The notes below the pieces were generated by a model. It ran no database searches, had not been told where the DNA came from, and saw nothing but the letters and a program-made list of their open reading frames with translations. A stretch of 64,000 nucleotides of DNA. Origin: Acidimicrobiales bacterium (GTDB taxonomy: Bacteria > Actinomycetota > Acidimicrobiia > Acidimicrobiales > Bog-793). The DNA lies in contig JBKQMT010000038.1 of NCBI GenBank assembly GCA_052146595.1, forward strand, positions 5,893 through 69,892, in the 5' to 3' direction. Shown in pieces: positions 32,008 to 43,759 of this stretch. The first letter of the stretch is position 1, and every line of letters starts with the position of its first letter. The translations under genes and the position numbers were made by a program.

Positions 32008-33054
32008 GTGCGGGTACTGGTCGGGCTATCGGGTGGCGTTGACTCGTCGGTCGCCGCCGCTCTCTTGCTCGAGGCGGGCCACGAGGTTGTCGGCGCCACC
32101 ATGAAGCTGTGGGGCGGCGCGGGTGACTCCGGATGCTGCTCGGTCGGTGACGTCGAGGACGCCCGGCGCGTGGCGGCGCGGTTGGGGATCGACCACCACG
32201 TCTTCAACTTCGCAGAGGAATTCGAGCAGACGGTCGTGGAGCCCTACGCGAGGGCGCACGCGCTCGGCCGGACGCCGAACCCATGCATCGAGTGCAACCG
32301 GCATCTCAAGTTCCGCCGGTTTCTCGACCGGGCCGGGCGGCTCGGCTTCGACGCCGTGGCGACGGGGCATCACGCCCGGATCGTGGACGACCCGGCCACG
32401 GGCGCCCCGAGGCTGTGGCGTGGCCTCGACGCCGCCAAGGACCAGTCCTATGTGTTGTCGATGCTGACCCTTCGCGAGCTCGCCCGGGTGCTCCTGCCGG
32501 TGGGCGAGCTCACGAAGCATGACGTGCGTGCCCGCGCCGCCGCCCTGGAGCTGCCAACGGCGACCAAGCCCGACAGCCAGGAGGTGTGCTTCGTGGCGGC
32601 GGGAGGGGGACAAGGGCCGCGCCAGCGTTTCCTGGCGGAACGGATCGAGCTGCATCCGGGGCGTCTCGTCGACCATGCCACAGGAGCCGTCGTCGGTTCA
32701 GTTCCCGCTGTCGAGCTCGTGACTGTCGGGCAGCGGCGTGGCCTGGGGTACTCGGCGCCTGGGCGCCGTTACGCGCTCGAGGTCGACGCGGCTTCGGCGA
32801 CGGTGGTGGTCGGCTCGGAGGACGACCTGCTCACGGACCATGTCGAGCTCACCGGCCGAACCTGGGTCGCAGACCCCCTTCCGGCCGGCGCCCTCGCACT
32901 CGCCCAGGCGAGCGCCCACGGCCGAGCGAGGCCTGTGAAGCTCACCGAGACCGGGGTGAGGTACCTCGAGGGACCGGATCGCCGGGTGGCACCGGGCCAG
33001 ACGGTCGCCCTCTACGTCGGCGATCAGGTCGTCGGTTCGGGGACGGCAGCCTGA
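32008..33054 (+). CDS. mnmA: tRNA-specific 2-thiouridylase
   Basis: PP-loop VLVGLSGGVDSSVAA, NPCIECNRHLKF and KDQSYVL. GTG 32008 is in frame within track ORF 31789-33054. The iscS-mnmA pairing is conserved. Confidence 0.9.
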   Translation: MRVLVGLSGGVDSSVAAALLLEAGHEVVGATMKLWGGAGDSGCCSVGDVEDARRVAARLGIDHHVFNFAEEFEQTVVEPYARAHALGRTPNPCIECNRHLKFRRFLDRAGRLGFDAVATGHHARIVDDPATGAPRLWRGLDAAKDQSYVLSMLTLRELARVLLPVGELTKHDVRARAAALELPTATKPDSQEVCFVAAGGGQGPRQRFLAERIELHPGRLVDHATGAVVGSVPAVELVTVGQRRGLGYSAPGRRYALEVDAASATVVVGSEDDLLTDHVELTGRTWVADPLPAGALALAQASAHGRARPVKLTETGVRYLEGPDRRVAPGQTVALYVGDQVVGSGTAA

Positions 33055-33065
33055 AACGCGCCGCT

Positions 33066-33183
33066 GGTCACTGATCTCCTGCGGGCAACGGGTCTCCTGC
33101 GGGCCACTGATCTCCTGCGGGCAACGGGTCTCCGGCGGGCAACGGGTCTCCTGCGGGCAACGGGTCTCCTGCGGGCAACGGGC
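33066..33183. repeat. 18-bp tandem repeat array, about 6.5 copies, with two alternating unit variants
   Basis: Units read directly from the sequence: ggtcactgatctcctgcg, ggcaacgggtctcctgcg, ggccactgatctcctgcg, ggcaacgggtctccggcg, ggcaacgggtctcctgcg, ggcaacgggtctcctgcg, then partial ggcaacgggc. The array starts 12 nt after the mnmA stop. Confidence 0.9.
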
Positions 33184-33343
33184 ACGAGGACGAGCGCGCC
33201 AGAAAGGCGGCGAGTCGTGATCGCCTCGGCGCCGTGCCTTCGGCCCAGGGCGATTGCAGCACAACCGACATAGTGCGGCCAGCGCCCATCTGCGATGCTG
33301 CGACGGCGTGCCGACTGGCACGGACGAGAAGGGGGCGGTTGAC

Positions 33344-33646
33344 ATGGCTTCTGAGTTGATCCTCGAGTTCGAGGGCGTCACCGAGAAGGAGTACAACGCG
33401 GTCAACAAGGAGCTCGGCATCGATTCTGAAAGCGGAGAAGGTGACTGGCCCGACGGGCTCGTGTCCCACGCCGCAGGACTTGACGATGACGGGAACTTCG
33501 TCGTCGTTGAGGTCTGGGACACACCGGAGCACCAGGCCAAGTTCATGCGCGACCGGCTCGGGGAGGCTCTCAAGAAGGGAGGCATAACCGGGCAACCTTC
33601 GCTCACTTGGGTCGATCTCGTGTCTCACCAGCATTTCGGGAGCTGA
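33344..33646 (+). CDS. Small acidic hypothetical protein (about 100 aa)
   Basis: MASELILEFEGVTEKEYNAVNKELGID...FVVVEVWDTPEHQAKFMRDRLGEAL, preceded by a GAAGGGGG Shine-Dalgarno-like sequence. It resembles small alpha/beta-barrel proteins, but the family was not firmly recognised. Confidence 0.5.
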   Translation: MASELILEFEGVTEKEYNAVNKELGIDSESGEGDWPDGLVSHAAGLDDDGNFVVVEVWDTPEHQAKFMRDRLGEALKKGGITGQPSLTWVDLVSHQHFGS

Positions 33647-33684
33647 GTCGACCGAGCGTTCTTTCGAGACCTCGAGACTGGTGA

Positions 33685-35850
<2,166 letters not shown>

Positions 35851-35913
35851 GCGCAAGCTCAGGTGCCCTCCACCGGTGTCGGGCCCTCAACCATTACCCT
35901 TTGTCCGATACCC

Positions 35914-37941
35914 ATGTCGAGCATCGCGGAACAGGTCGGCCGGGTCATCGGCGGCCGCGACCGACTACTTGCCGTTGTCGGTAGCGGTGCTTCGGCCCAA
36001 GTCTTCGCCGCCGACGACACCCGACTCGCCAGGCGCGTCGCCGTCAAGCTCCTTCACCCTGCCCTTGCAGGAGACGCGATGTTCCTCCGCAAGTTCCAGG
36101 CCGAAGCGCGACTGGCCGCTTCGCTCAACCACCGAAACGTCCTGCACGTCTACGACTGGGGCGACGAGGACGGCACTCCCTATCTCGTGCTCGAGTACCT
36201 GGGTGGGGGAAGCTTGCGATCCCTGCTCGACACGGGCTTCCTGCTCAGCCCCCAACAGGCGGCCGCCATCGGCGCCGAAGCCGCCCACGGACTCGCCTAC
36301 GCCCACCGTCGCGGCCTTGTCCACCGTGACATCAAGCCTGCCAACCTGCTTTTCGACGACGACGGACGCCTGCTCGTGGCGGACTTCGGCCTGGCGCGCG
36401 CCCTTGCCGAAGCGGCGACGACCGAACCTTTGGGCACGGTCATGGGAACCGCCCGCTACGCCTCCCCCGAACAGGTCGAAGGCCGGCCGGTAGACGACCG
36501 TACGGACGTGTACTCGCTCGCCCTCACCTTGTACGAGTCGGTGACGGGGCGGGTTCCCTTCGCCGGGGAGACGACCGTCGCCACCTTGATGGCTCGCGTC
36601 GGAGCCGTGCTCCCGCCGGCCCGAGAGCTCGGGCCGCTCGCCCCGGTGCTGGCGCAGGCTGCCATCTCGGAGCCTTTGGCCCGGCTGGACGCGGCAGCTC
36701 TCGCGTCGGAGCTCGAGCTGCTGCTCCAAGAGCTCGAAGCCCCGCGACCGCTCCCGCTCACCAGGACGGATATCGCCCTCTCCAGCTCGCCCCGGGGGCT
36801 CGACCCTGACCCGACCGAGCGCTTCGGGCTTGCCCGCCCGCCCATCTCGCCAGCGGCCCCGCCCCTGCTCGTGCCCCCCACCTCCGCGCCACCGCCGCTC
36901 CGGGCGCCCGGGCAACCCCAGCCCGCGCCAGAGCCGCCACCTTCCGCCGCCCAGCCGGAGGCCCGGGCCGCGATGGCGACAAGTGCCCTGGCCGGTGTGC
37001 GCCGGATCACCTCCTCCAGCGCCGTTCCGGCGCTCGAGGAGGCACGCAAGGGGCGCAAGCACCGGTGGCTGCCGTGGCTTCTCGTCGTGTTGGTGCTCGA
37101 GCTGGTGGCGGGCGCCGGGCTGATCGCGTCTGGCCGGATCACCCCTCGCGACACGGTTCCACCCGTCGTCGGGCTGCGGGTCACCGCCGCCAACGCGGCC
37201 ATTCGGCGAACCGGGCTGTTCCCGGAGGTCACCGGCGAGCAGTACAGCGAGAGCGTTGTGGCGGGAGGGGTCATCTCGCAGCGCCCTCGGCACGCTGCGC
37301 GCGAGAAGGCAGGCTCCATCGTGAAGATGGTGATCTCGGAAGGGCCGCATCCGACTCTGCTCCCGCACCTTGCAGGCTTGAGCGAGGCGACGGCTGGCGC
37401 AGCGCTCCTGCATGCTCACCTGGTGGGTCATTTCTTCATCCACTACAGCGAGACGGTCCCGGCCGGAGAGGTTGTGGACTGGAGCTCGCTCGCCGGCACG
37501 AGGGTCTTCTACGGAGACGCGGTCGACGTGGTGATCTCGAAGGGCCCGAGGCCCGAGACGATCCCGTCCGATCTCAGCGGTGGCGTGCTCAACTGGACGC
37601 AGGCGGAGGCCGCCTTGGCCGACCTGTACCTGAAGCCGGTCGAGGATCAGCGGTACTCGACCTCGATTCCCACCGGTTACGTCGTCACCACCAAACCTTC
37701 GCCGGGCAGTACGATCCCCGGTCACTCGACGGTGCTCGTGTTCGTCTCCTTGGGGCCGCCATATGTGAACGTGCCCCAGCTTTACGGTGATTCGGTGGCA
37801 GTGGCGGAGCAGGAGCTGAGCTCGCTGGGCCTCAAGTGGGTTCCCTTCGGCCCACCGGGAGCGAGTTTCGTGCTGACCGAGCTTCCCCAAGCCGGTCAGT
37901 CCGTGCAGGTCGGCTCGACGGTCGACATCTACCTGTACTGA
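35914..37941 (+). CDS. Ser/Thr protein kinase with transmembrane helix and extracellular PASTA-like repeats (PknB-like)
   Basis: VAVKLL, HRDIKPANLL, DFGLA and a Pro-rich linker. The TM segment is WLPWLLVVLVLELVAGAGLI, followed by repeated roughly 65-aa modules (VPPVVGLRV..., LPHLAGLSEATA..., VPQLYGDSVAVAEQEL...). The ATG 35914 start is a guess. Confidence 0.85.
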   Translation: MSSIAEQVGRVIGGRDRLLAVVGSGASAQVFAADDTRLARRVAVKLLHPALAGDAMFLRKFQAEARLAASLNHRNVLHVYDWGDEDGTPYLVLEYLGGGSLRSLLDTGFLLSPQQAAAIGAEAAHGLAYAHRRGLVHRDIKPANLLFDDDGRLLVADFGLARALAEAATTEPLGTVMGTARYASPEQVEGRPVDDRTDVYSLALTLYESVTGRVPFAGETTVATLMARVGAVLPPARELGPLAPVLAQAAISEPLARLDAAALASELELLLQELEAPRPLPLTRTDIALSSSPRGLDPDPTERFGLARPPISPAAPPLLVPPTSAPPPLRAPGQPQPAPEPPPSAAQPEARAAMATSALAGVRRITSSSAVPALEEARKGRKHRWLPWLLVVLVLELVAGAGLIASGRITPRDTVPPVVGLRVTAANAAIRRTGLFPEVTGEQYSESVVAGGVISQRPRHAAREKAGSIVKMVISEGPHPTLLPHLAGLSEATAGAALLHAHLVGHFFIHYSETVPAGEVVDWSSLAGTRVFYGDAVDVVISKGPRPETIPSDLSGGVLNWTQAEAALADLYLKPVEDQRYSTSIPTGYVVTTKPSPGSTIPGHSTVLVFVSLGPPYVNVPQLYGDSVAVAEQELSSLGLKWVPFGPPGASFVLTELPQAGQSVQVGSTVDIYLY

Positions 37942-38016
37942 GTCGGCCGCGCCCGGCCAGCGGCTCGCGTCGCCGGCAGCGGCCCGTGGGCCATCTCGCT
38001 TGACCTGGGACGGCGC

Positions 38017-38137
38017 GTGCTGCCAACGTGGCGGTGCGTGCCGCCAGTATGGCGGGGCACGCTGCCAACGTGGCGGTACATGCTCGCCGGTGCGATGCGT
38101 GCCGGCGATGTAGGTCACCACTGGCAACGTCACCCAC
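38017..38137. repeat. 21-bp phased direct repeats (3 clear copies plus 2-3 degenerate) upstream of the SDR gene
   Basis: gtgctgccaacgtggcggtgc (38017), gtgccgccagtatggcggggc (38038) and acgctgccaacgtggcggtac (38059). Degenerate copies follow, containing gccggcgatgtagg and ggcaacgtcac. The core is GCCAACGTGGCGG. Confidence 0.6.
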
Positions 38138-38182
38138 CCCGGTCGACGGGTTGGAGCAGACCAACGGAGGAAAGGCACGGTC

Positions 38183-39097
38183 ATGGGTGCACTCGAGGGC
38201 AGGGTTGCGATCATCACCGGTGCGGGACGTGGGATCGGCCGAGAGCACGCGCTCTTGTTCGCGAGCGAAGGCGCCAAGGTCGTTGTCAACGATCTCGGGT
38301 GCGCGGTGAACGGCTCGGGCGACGACCGGACATCGGCTCAGAAGGTCGTGGACGAGATCAGCGAGTTGGGCGGCGAGGCGATCGCGAACACCGACGACGT
38401 CGCCGACTGGAAGGGCGGCCATAACGTGGTCACGGCCGCTCTCGAGGCTTTCGGGGACCTTCACATACTCGTGAACAACGCCGGGATAATCGGAGACAGG
38501 GTCCTCGTGAACATGACCGAGGAGGAGTGGGACCTCGTCCTGCACGCCAACGTGAACGGCCATTTCGTCCCCACGCGCTGGGCCGCCAGCTACTGGCGCG
38601 AGCAGTCCAAGGCGGGCGCCAAGCTCAGCGCGGCGGTCGTCAACACCTCTTCGACCTCCGGGCTGCTCGGCAATCCCGGCCAATCGAACTACGGGACCGC
38701 CAAAGCGGCGATCGCGGCCTTGACCGTGATCGCTGCTCAGGAGCTCTCCCACTACGGCGTCAGGGTCAACGCGATCGTGCCCGCCGCCCGCTCTCGCATC
38801 ACCGAGTCGACTCCCGGGCTCTGCGACATCGTGCAGCCGCCCGCGGACCCGGACGTGTTCGACTCGTGGGACCCCGCCAACGTGTCGCCGCTGGTCGCCT
38901 ATCTCGCCAGCGAGTCCTGCCCGCTCACCGGCAAGGTCTTTTTCATCCAGGGCGGTATCGTGCAGCACTTCCAGCCCTGGACCCTCGGGGCCCAGATAGA
39001 CAAAGGTGGTCGCTGGACCATCGACGAGCTCGCCGCCGAGGTGCCCAAGATCGCCGGCAGCGTCGTGGCGCCGACAGGGGTGTCACAGACCAGGTAA
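38183..39097 (+). CDS. Short-chain dehydrogenase/reductase (SDR) family oxidoreductase
   Basis: TGAGRGIGRE cofactor motif, NNAG, and the catalytic YGTAK (Y-x3-K). The protein is 304 aa. Confidence 0.8.
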   Translation: MGALEGRVAIITGAGRGIGREHALLFASEGAKVVVNDLGCAVNGSGDDRTSAQKVVDEISELGGEAIANTDDVADWKGGHNVVTAALEAFGDLHILVNNAGIIGDRVLVNMTEEEWDLVLHANVNGHFVPTRWAASYWREQSKAGAKLSAAVVNTSSTSGLLGNPGQSNYGTAKAAIAALTVIAAQELSHYGVRVNAIVPAARSRITESTPGLCDIVQPPADPDVFDSWDPANVSPLVAYLASESCPLTGKVFFIQGGIVQHFQPWTLGAQIDKGGRWTIDELAAEVPKIAGSVVAPTGVSQTR

Positions 39098-39158
39098 GTG
39101 ACACCCGAGCGGCCGAGCCCGAGCGGCCGAGGCCGGTGGCCCTACTCGGCCGGCGGCC

Positions 39159-39566
39159 CTACTCGGTGATCGCCCGGATCTGTGCCGCCAGCTCCCGGTG
39201 AGCTGGGTCAAAAGGGCTGTTCTGCATGGCGAGAAGCTGGGTTATGTCGCCGTCGATCTTGATCCGTCCCGACATGAACGCCTGCATGGCCGCCTGCGCG
39301 TCGCCATCTACGAGGATCGCCTTTGCCGTCTCGTAGTCCACCGTGACCGTCAAGTCGGGAGACTCGAGGTGGCCGGCGCCCATGACGAGCTCTCCGGAGC
39401 TCGTGTCGACGTGGGCGTCGATGGTTCCCTCGCCGATCGGAGATTCGGTGAGGATGAGGTTCATGCGCACGCTTTGCGCCGTGACGGCCTGCTGCGTCAC
39501 GACCTCGTCCTGCAGTCGCTTGACCTCCGCGGTCCACTCATCGCTCAGAAACGGGAACTTCTCCAC
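39159..39566 (-). CDS. SCP2 sterol-carrier-like domain protein
   Basis: 135 aa. The C-terminal AMQAFMSGRIKIDGDITQLLAMQ is typical of SCP2/alkyl-sulfatase-C domains. Confidence 0.65.
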   Translation of the reverse strand: MEKFPFLSDEWTAEVKRLQDEVVTQQAVTAQSVRMNLILTESPIGEGTIDAHVDTSSGELVMGAGHLESPDLTVTVDYETAKAILVDGDAQAAMQAFMSGRIKIDGDITQLLAMQNSPFDPAHRELAAQIRAITE

Positions 39567-39655
39567 CTCAGCTCCTCTGCTCGGGCCGGTTGGCTCGTGA
39601 AGCGGACACTATCCTGCTCGACAACCCCCGAGGACGGCCGGGTTACGATGCTCGC

Positions 39656-40417
39656 GTGCCAACCCCGATCGTTGCCGGTGCCGAGCCGTTCTCAGCCAAG
39701 GGCGGTCCCATAGGCGTCGTCGTTCTCCACGGTTTCACCGGTAGCCCACAGTCGATGCGCCCGCTCGCGACGGCTTTCGCGGCAGCCAACCTCTCTGTCG
39801 AGCTCCCGCTGCTGCCCGGGCACGGCACAAGCGTGGAGGACATGGTCGAGACGCGCTGGTCCGACTGGTCCTCGGCCGCCGAGGCGACTTACAGCGACGT
39901 CGCCGGTCGCTGCGAGACGGTGTTCGTGGCGGGTCTGTCGATGGGCGGCTCGCTCGCGATCTGGCTCGCCGAACGGCACCCCGAGATCGCCGGCATCATC
40001 GTCATCAACCCGCTCGTCGACCCGCCGGCCTCGAGTTTCCTCGACATGCTGTCCGGCATGATCGAGGAAGGCGCCGTCTCGGTCCCCGCCATCGGCTCGG
40101 ACATCGCAAAGCGGGGGGCGCCCGAGACTTCTTACAACGCCTCGCCGATCGAACCCATGCTCTCGATGTTCGAGGGCGTCCAGGAGATCGCAGCCGGGCT
40201 GGGCGGTCTCTCCTGCCCGGTGCTGCTGTTCTCGAGCCGGACCGACCACGTCGTACCGCCGGAGTCGGGCGACGTCCTTGCCGCCTCCGCCGCAGGTCCG
40301 GTCGAGCGGATCTGGCTCGAGCGCAGCTTCCACGTGGCCACGCTCGACCACGACGCCCCGCAGATCGAAGCGAGCGCCGTTGCGTTCGTGAGCAAGGTGG
40401 CGGCAGCCGGTGAGTGA
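39656..40417 (+). CDS. Alpha/beta hydrolase (carboxylesterase / monoacylglycerol-lipase-like)
   Basis: VVVLHGFTGSPQSMRPLA, the nucleophile elbow GLSMGG, and a C-terminal His region (SFHVATLDHD). The start is uncertain; the track ORF begins at 39590. Confidence 0.7.
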   Translation: MPTPIVAGAEPFSAKGGPIGVVVLHGFTGSPQSMRPLATAFAAANLSVELPLLPGHGTSVEDMVETRWSDWSSAAEATYSDVAGRCETVFVAGLSMGGSLAIWLAERHPEIAGIIVINPLVDPPASSFLDMLSGMIEEGAVSVPAIGSDIAKRGAPETSYNASPIEPMLSMFEGVQEIAAGLGGLSCPVLLFSSRTDHVVPPESGDVLAASAAGPVERIWLERSFHVATLDHDAPQIEASAVAFVSKVAAAGE

Positions 40418-40721
40418 GAAGGAGCGGTTCATCTCGCCCGATGAGGTGCGCCACGTGGCGCGCCTTGCCAGGCTCGCCCTCGACGACGACGAGGTGGGGC
40501 GCATGGCGCTGCAGCTTTCGGCGATCCTCGAACACGTTGACGCCGTGCGCCGGCTCGACACAGCTGACGTGCCGCCGACGGCCCACCCGTTCCCGGTCGA
40601 GAACGTGCTGCGACCCGACACCGAGACCCCGAGCTTGGACCGGGAGACGGTGCTCTCGCAGGCCCCGGTAGCTGAGAACGACCGCTTCCGGGTCCCCCGC
40701 ATCATGGGCGAGGCACCGTGA
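40410..40721 (+). CDS. gatC: Asp/Glu-tRNA(Asn/Gln) amidotransferase subunit C
   Basis: ISPDEVRHVARLARLALDDDEV...ILEHVDAV, 103 aa, at the head of the gatCAB cluster. Confidence 0.85.
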   Translation: MSEKERFISPDEVRHVARLARLALDDDEVGRMALQLSAILEHVDAVRRLDTADVPPTAHPFPVENVLRPDTETPSLDRETVLSQAPVAENDRFRVPRIMGEAP

Positions 40722-42184
40722 CGGCGAGCCCAGCCCCTGAGTTCGCTTCCCTGGCCGAGATCGCAGCCACCGTCCGCTCGGGCGCGATCAGTGCCCGGGC
40801 GATCCTTTCACAGTCGCTCGGGCGCATTCGCGAGCTCGAAGGCGACCTGCACTGCTTCAACGAGGTGACGGCCGAGGTGGCCGAGGCCGAGGCCGACGCC
40901 GTCGATCGGATGGTGCGCTCTGGGCAGGACCCGGGACCGCTCGCGGGCGTGCCGGTAGCCCTGAAGGACAATCTCTGCACCGAAGGCATCCCGACGACCT
41001 GCTCGTCGCGGATCCTCGCGGGATGGCTGCCTCCCTATGACGCCACCGTCGTGAGCCGGCTGCGAGACGCCGGCGCGGTGCTGGTGGGCAAGACCAACCT
41101 CGACGAGTTCGCCATGGGTTCTTCGACGGAGAACTCCGCCTTCGGACCGACGCGCAACCCTTGGGACACAGGCCGGGTCCCGGGCGGCTCGTCGGGCGGG
41201 AGCGCGGCTGCTGTGGCGGCAGGGATCGTGCCCCTCGCCTTCGGCAGCGACACGGGCGGGTCGATCCGCCAGCCGGCGGCGCTGTGCGGGATCGTAGGCG
41301 TGAAGCCGACCTACGGAGTCGTGTCGCGCTACGGGCTGATCGCGTTCGCGAGCTCGCTCGACCAGATCGGACCGTTCGCGACGACTGTGGCGGACGCGGC
41401 GCTTGGGCTCGAGGTGGTCGCCGGTCACGACCCGATGGACTCGACGTCGCTCGAGCGACCGGCACCGAGCTTGCTCGCCTCGCTCGCCGAAGGCGTCTCG
41501 GGGCTACGGGTCGGGATCGTCGAGGATTTCCTGTCGGACGGTTCCGAGTGTGGCGCAGCCGTCGTCGTCGCCGGCGAGGCCTTGGCGACCGCCGGGGCAA
41601 AGGTGGACCAGGTCACCATCCCGGAACTGTTGCTCGGACTGCCTGCCTACTACGTCATAGCGCCCGCCGAGGCGTCCTCGAACCTGTCGCGTTACGACGG
41701 CGTCCGTTACGGCCTTCGCGTCGACGGGCCCAACACCGAGACGATGAACGCCAGGACCCGCGGTGAAGGTTTCGGGCCTGAGGTGAAGCGCCGCATCATG
41801 ATGGGGACCTATGCCTTGTCGGCGGGCTACTACGACGCCTACTACGGCCAGGCGCAAAAGGCCCGCACCGTGGTGATAAGGGCGTTCGAGGCCGCCTACC
41901 GGAACTTCGACGTCCTGTTGACGCCGACGACGCCGTCTGTGGCCTTCCCGTTCGGGTCCAAGACGGAGGACCCCATCGAGATGTACATGTGCGACCTGTG
42001 CAGCATTCCCTCCAGCCTCGCGGGTCATCCGGCCGTCAGCGTGCCCTTCGCGCTGAGCCCGGAAGGACTGCCGATCGGTGTCCAGGTCCTCGCCCCGGCC
42101 CTGGGAGAGGCGGTCATGATGCGCGTCGCCGCCAGCCTGGAGGCCGCCGCCCCCCGCGAGGCGCGAGGGCCGGTGACGCCATGA
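40718..42184 (+). CDS. gatA: Asp/Glu-tRNA(Asn/Gln) amidotransferase subunit A
   Basis: Amidase signature GGSSGGSAAAVAAG...GSDTGGSIRQPAA and KDNLCTEGIPTTCSS. Confidence 0.92.
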   Translation: MTASPAPEFASLAEIAATVRSGAISARAILSQSLGRIRELEGDLHCFNEVTAEVAEAEADAVDRMVRSGQDPGPLAGVPVALKDNLCTEGIPTTCSSRILAGWLPPYDATVVSRLRDAGAVLVGKTNLDEFAMGSSTENSAFGPTRNPWDTGRVPGGSSGGSAAAVAAGIVPLAFGSDTGGSIRQPAALCGIVGVKPTYGVVSRYGLIAFASSLDQIGPFATTVADAALGLEVVAGHDPMDSTSLERPAPSLLASLAEGVSGLRVGIVEDFLSDGSECGAAVVVAGEALATAGAKVDQVTIPELLLGLPAYYVIAPAEASSNLSRYDGVRYGLRVDGPNTETMNARTRGEGFGPEVKRRIMMGTYALSAGYYDAYYGQAQKARTVVIRAFEAAYRNFDVLLTPTTPSVAFPFGSKTEDPIEMYMCDLCSIPSSLAGHPAVSVPFALSPEGLPIGVQVLAPALGEAVMMRVAASLEAAAPREARGPVTP

Positions 42185-43641
42185 CCGGTGACCCCGTGAC
42201 CGATTACGAGACCGTGGTCGGCCTCGAGGTCCATTGTGAGCTCGCCACCGCCACCAAGCTGTTCTGCGGGTGCCGCAACGCCTTCGGGGACGACCCGAAC
42301 ACGAACATCTGCCCGGTCTGCCTCGGCCTGCCAGGCTCGCTGCCCGTGATCAACCGCCGAGCCGTCGAGCTCGCCCTGAGGATCGGTGCCGCCCTCAACT
42401 GCAGTCCGCGGCGTTCGATCTTCCACCGCAAGAACTACTTCTACCCCGACATGCCGAAGGACTACCAGATCAGTCAGTACGACGAACCCATCAACGTCGA
42501 CGGATGGCTGGAGCTGCCCGACGGGTCGCGCGTCGGCATCGAACGGGCCCACATGGAGGAGGACACGGGCAAGACGACCCATGTCGGTGGCGGAGGCCGC
42601 ATCCATGAGGCCGGCTACTCGCTCGTGGACTACAACCGCGCGGGCGTGCCGCTCGTCGAGATCGTCTCCCGCCCGGACATCCGCTCGGCGGCACAAGCGC
42701 GCGCCTATGTCGACGAGCTGCGCTCGATCCTCGTGGCCACCGGTGCCTCGGACGGCCGCATGGAAGAGGGCTCCCTGCGGGTCGACGCCAACATCTCGGT
42801 GCGCCCTCTCGGCGCAACCGAGTACGGGACTCGCTGCGAGGTGAAGAACCTGAACTCGCTGCGGTCGCTCGAGCGGGCCATCGACTACGAGGTCCAACGC
42901 CAGATCGCGCTCCTCGAGTCCGGCGAGCGGGTCGCCCAAGAGACCCGTCACTTCGACGAGGGGGACAGCACCACCCATGCGATGCGCTCCAAGGAGGAGG
43001 CGAACGACTACCGCTATTTCCCCGAGCCGGACCTCACCCCACTCGTGCCGGACGCGGCCCTGCTCGCCGCAGCGGCCGAGGGGATCGGCCCCATGCCGGC
43101 CGAGCGCCGCCGCCGGCTCTCAAGGCTCCTCAGCGGAGACTCAGAGCTCGCCACGCGCCGCGACGGGTCGACTGACCAGGTCGTGACAGTGGTGGACCTC
43201 GGGCTCGACGAGCTCGTCGAGGGCGCCGTCGCCGCCGGGGCCGATCCGCGGCTCGCGCTCGCCAGGGCCGCCAACGAGGCCGCAGCGAACCCCGAGGAGG
43301 CAGGACGGCTCGACCCACTGGCCTTCGCGGCGCTGATCAAGATGGAGTCCTCCGGTCAGCTCTCGGCGACCCAGTCCAAAGAGGTGCTTTCCGAGCTGAT
43401 GAGCCAAGGCGGTGACCCGGTCCTGATCGCCGGCAGGCTCGGGTACGAGCAGATGGACCCTGCGGCCCTCGCTTCGATGCTCGACGAGGTGATCGCCGCC
43501 AACCCGGAAGAGTGGCAGCGCTACTGCGATGGCGACGAGAAGGTGGCGCAGTTCCTCCTCGGCCAGGTCATGCGCGCCACCAAGGGACGGGCGAACGGCA
43601 AGCTGGTCGCGGCGGCCTTCGCTTCCCGGCGCGGCTCCTGA
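42181..43641 (+). CDS. gatB: Asp/Glu-tRNA(Asn/Gln) amidotransferase subunit B
   Basis: [23 protein letters not shown] and [18 protein letters not shown] 42181 overlaps the gatA stop (ATGA). Confidence 0.92.
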   Translation: MTGDPVTDYETVVGLEVHCELATATKLFCGCRNAFGDDPNTNICPVCLGLPGSLPVINRRAVELALRIGAALNCSPRRSIFHRKNYFYPDMPKDYQISQYDEPINVDGWLELPDGSRVGIERAHMEEDTGKTTHVGGGGRIHEAGYSLVDYNRAGVPLVEIVSRPDIRSAAQARAYVDELRSILVATGASDGRMEEGSLRVDANISVRPLGATEYGTRCEVKNLNSLRSLERAIDYEVQRQIALLESGERVAQETRHFDEGDSTTHAMRSKEEANDYRYFPEPDLTPLVPDAALLAAAAEGIGPMPAERRRRLSRLLSGDSELATRRDGSTDQVVTVVDLGLDELVEGAVAAGADPRLALARAANEAAANPEEAGRLDPLAFAALIKMESSGQLSATQSKEVLSELMSQGGDPVLIAGRLGYEQMDPAALASMLDEVIAANPEEWQRYCDGDEKVAQFLLGQVMRATKGRANGKLVAAAFASRRGS

Positions 43642-43759
43642 GAGGCGGGCGGAGCTCCGGCGGGCGGATCACGACACCGGTGGCGTCGTTGGCAGGCACG
43701 TCGGGCCGATCCAGCGACCGAGCCGGTCGCCTGGCGGGCCGACCGCTAACTTGAGGCCA

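Noticed and set aside
33066-33183. Possibility that the 18-bp repeats form a CRISPR array.
   Set aside because: The units are directly abutting with no unique spacers, they are too short, and no cas genes are nearby.
38017-38424. 135-aa plus-strand ORF beginning in the 21-bp repeats (MLPTWRCVPPVWRGTLPTWRYMLAG...).
   Set aside because: It runs out of frame through the start of the well-supported SDR gene and is Arg/Gly-rich downstream. The peptide periodicity simply mirrors the DNA repeat.
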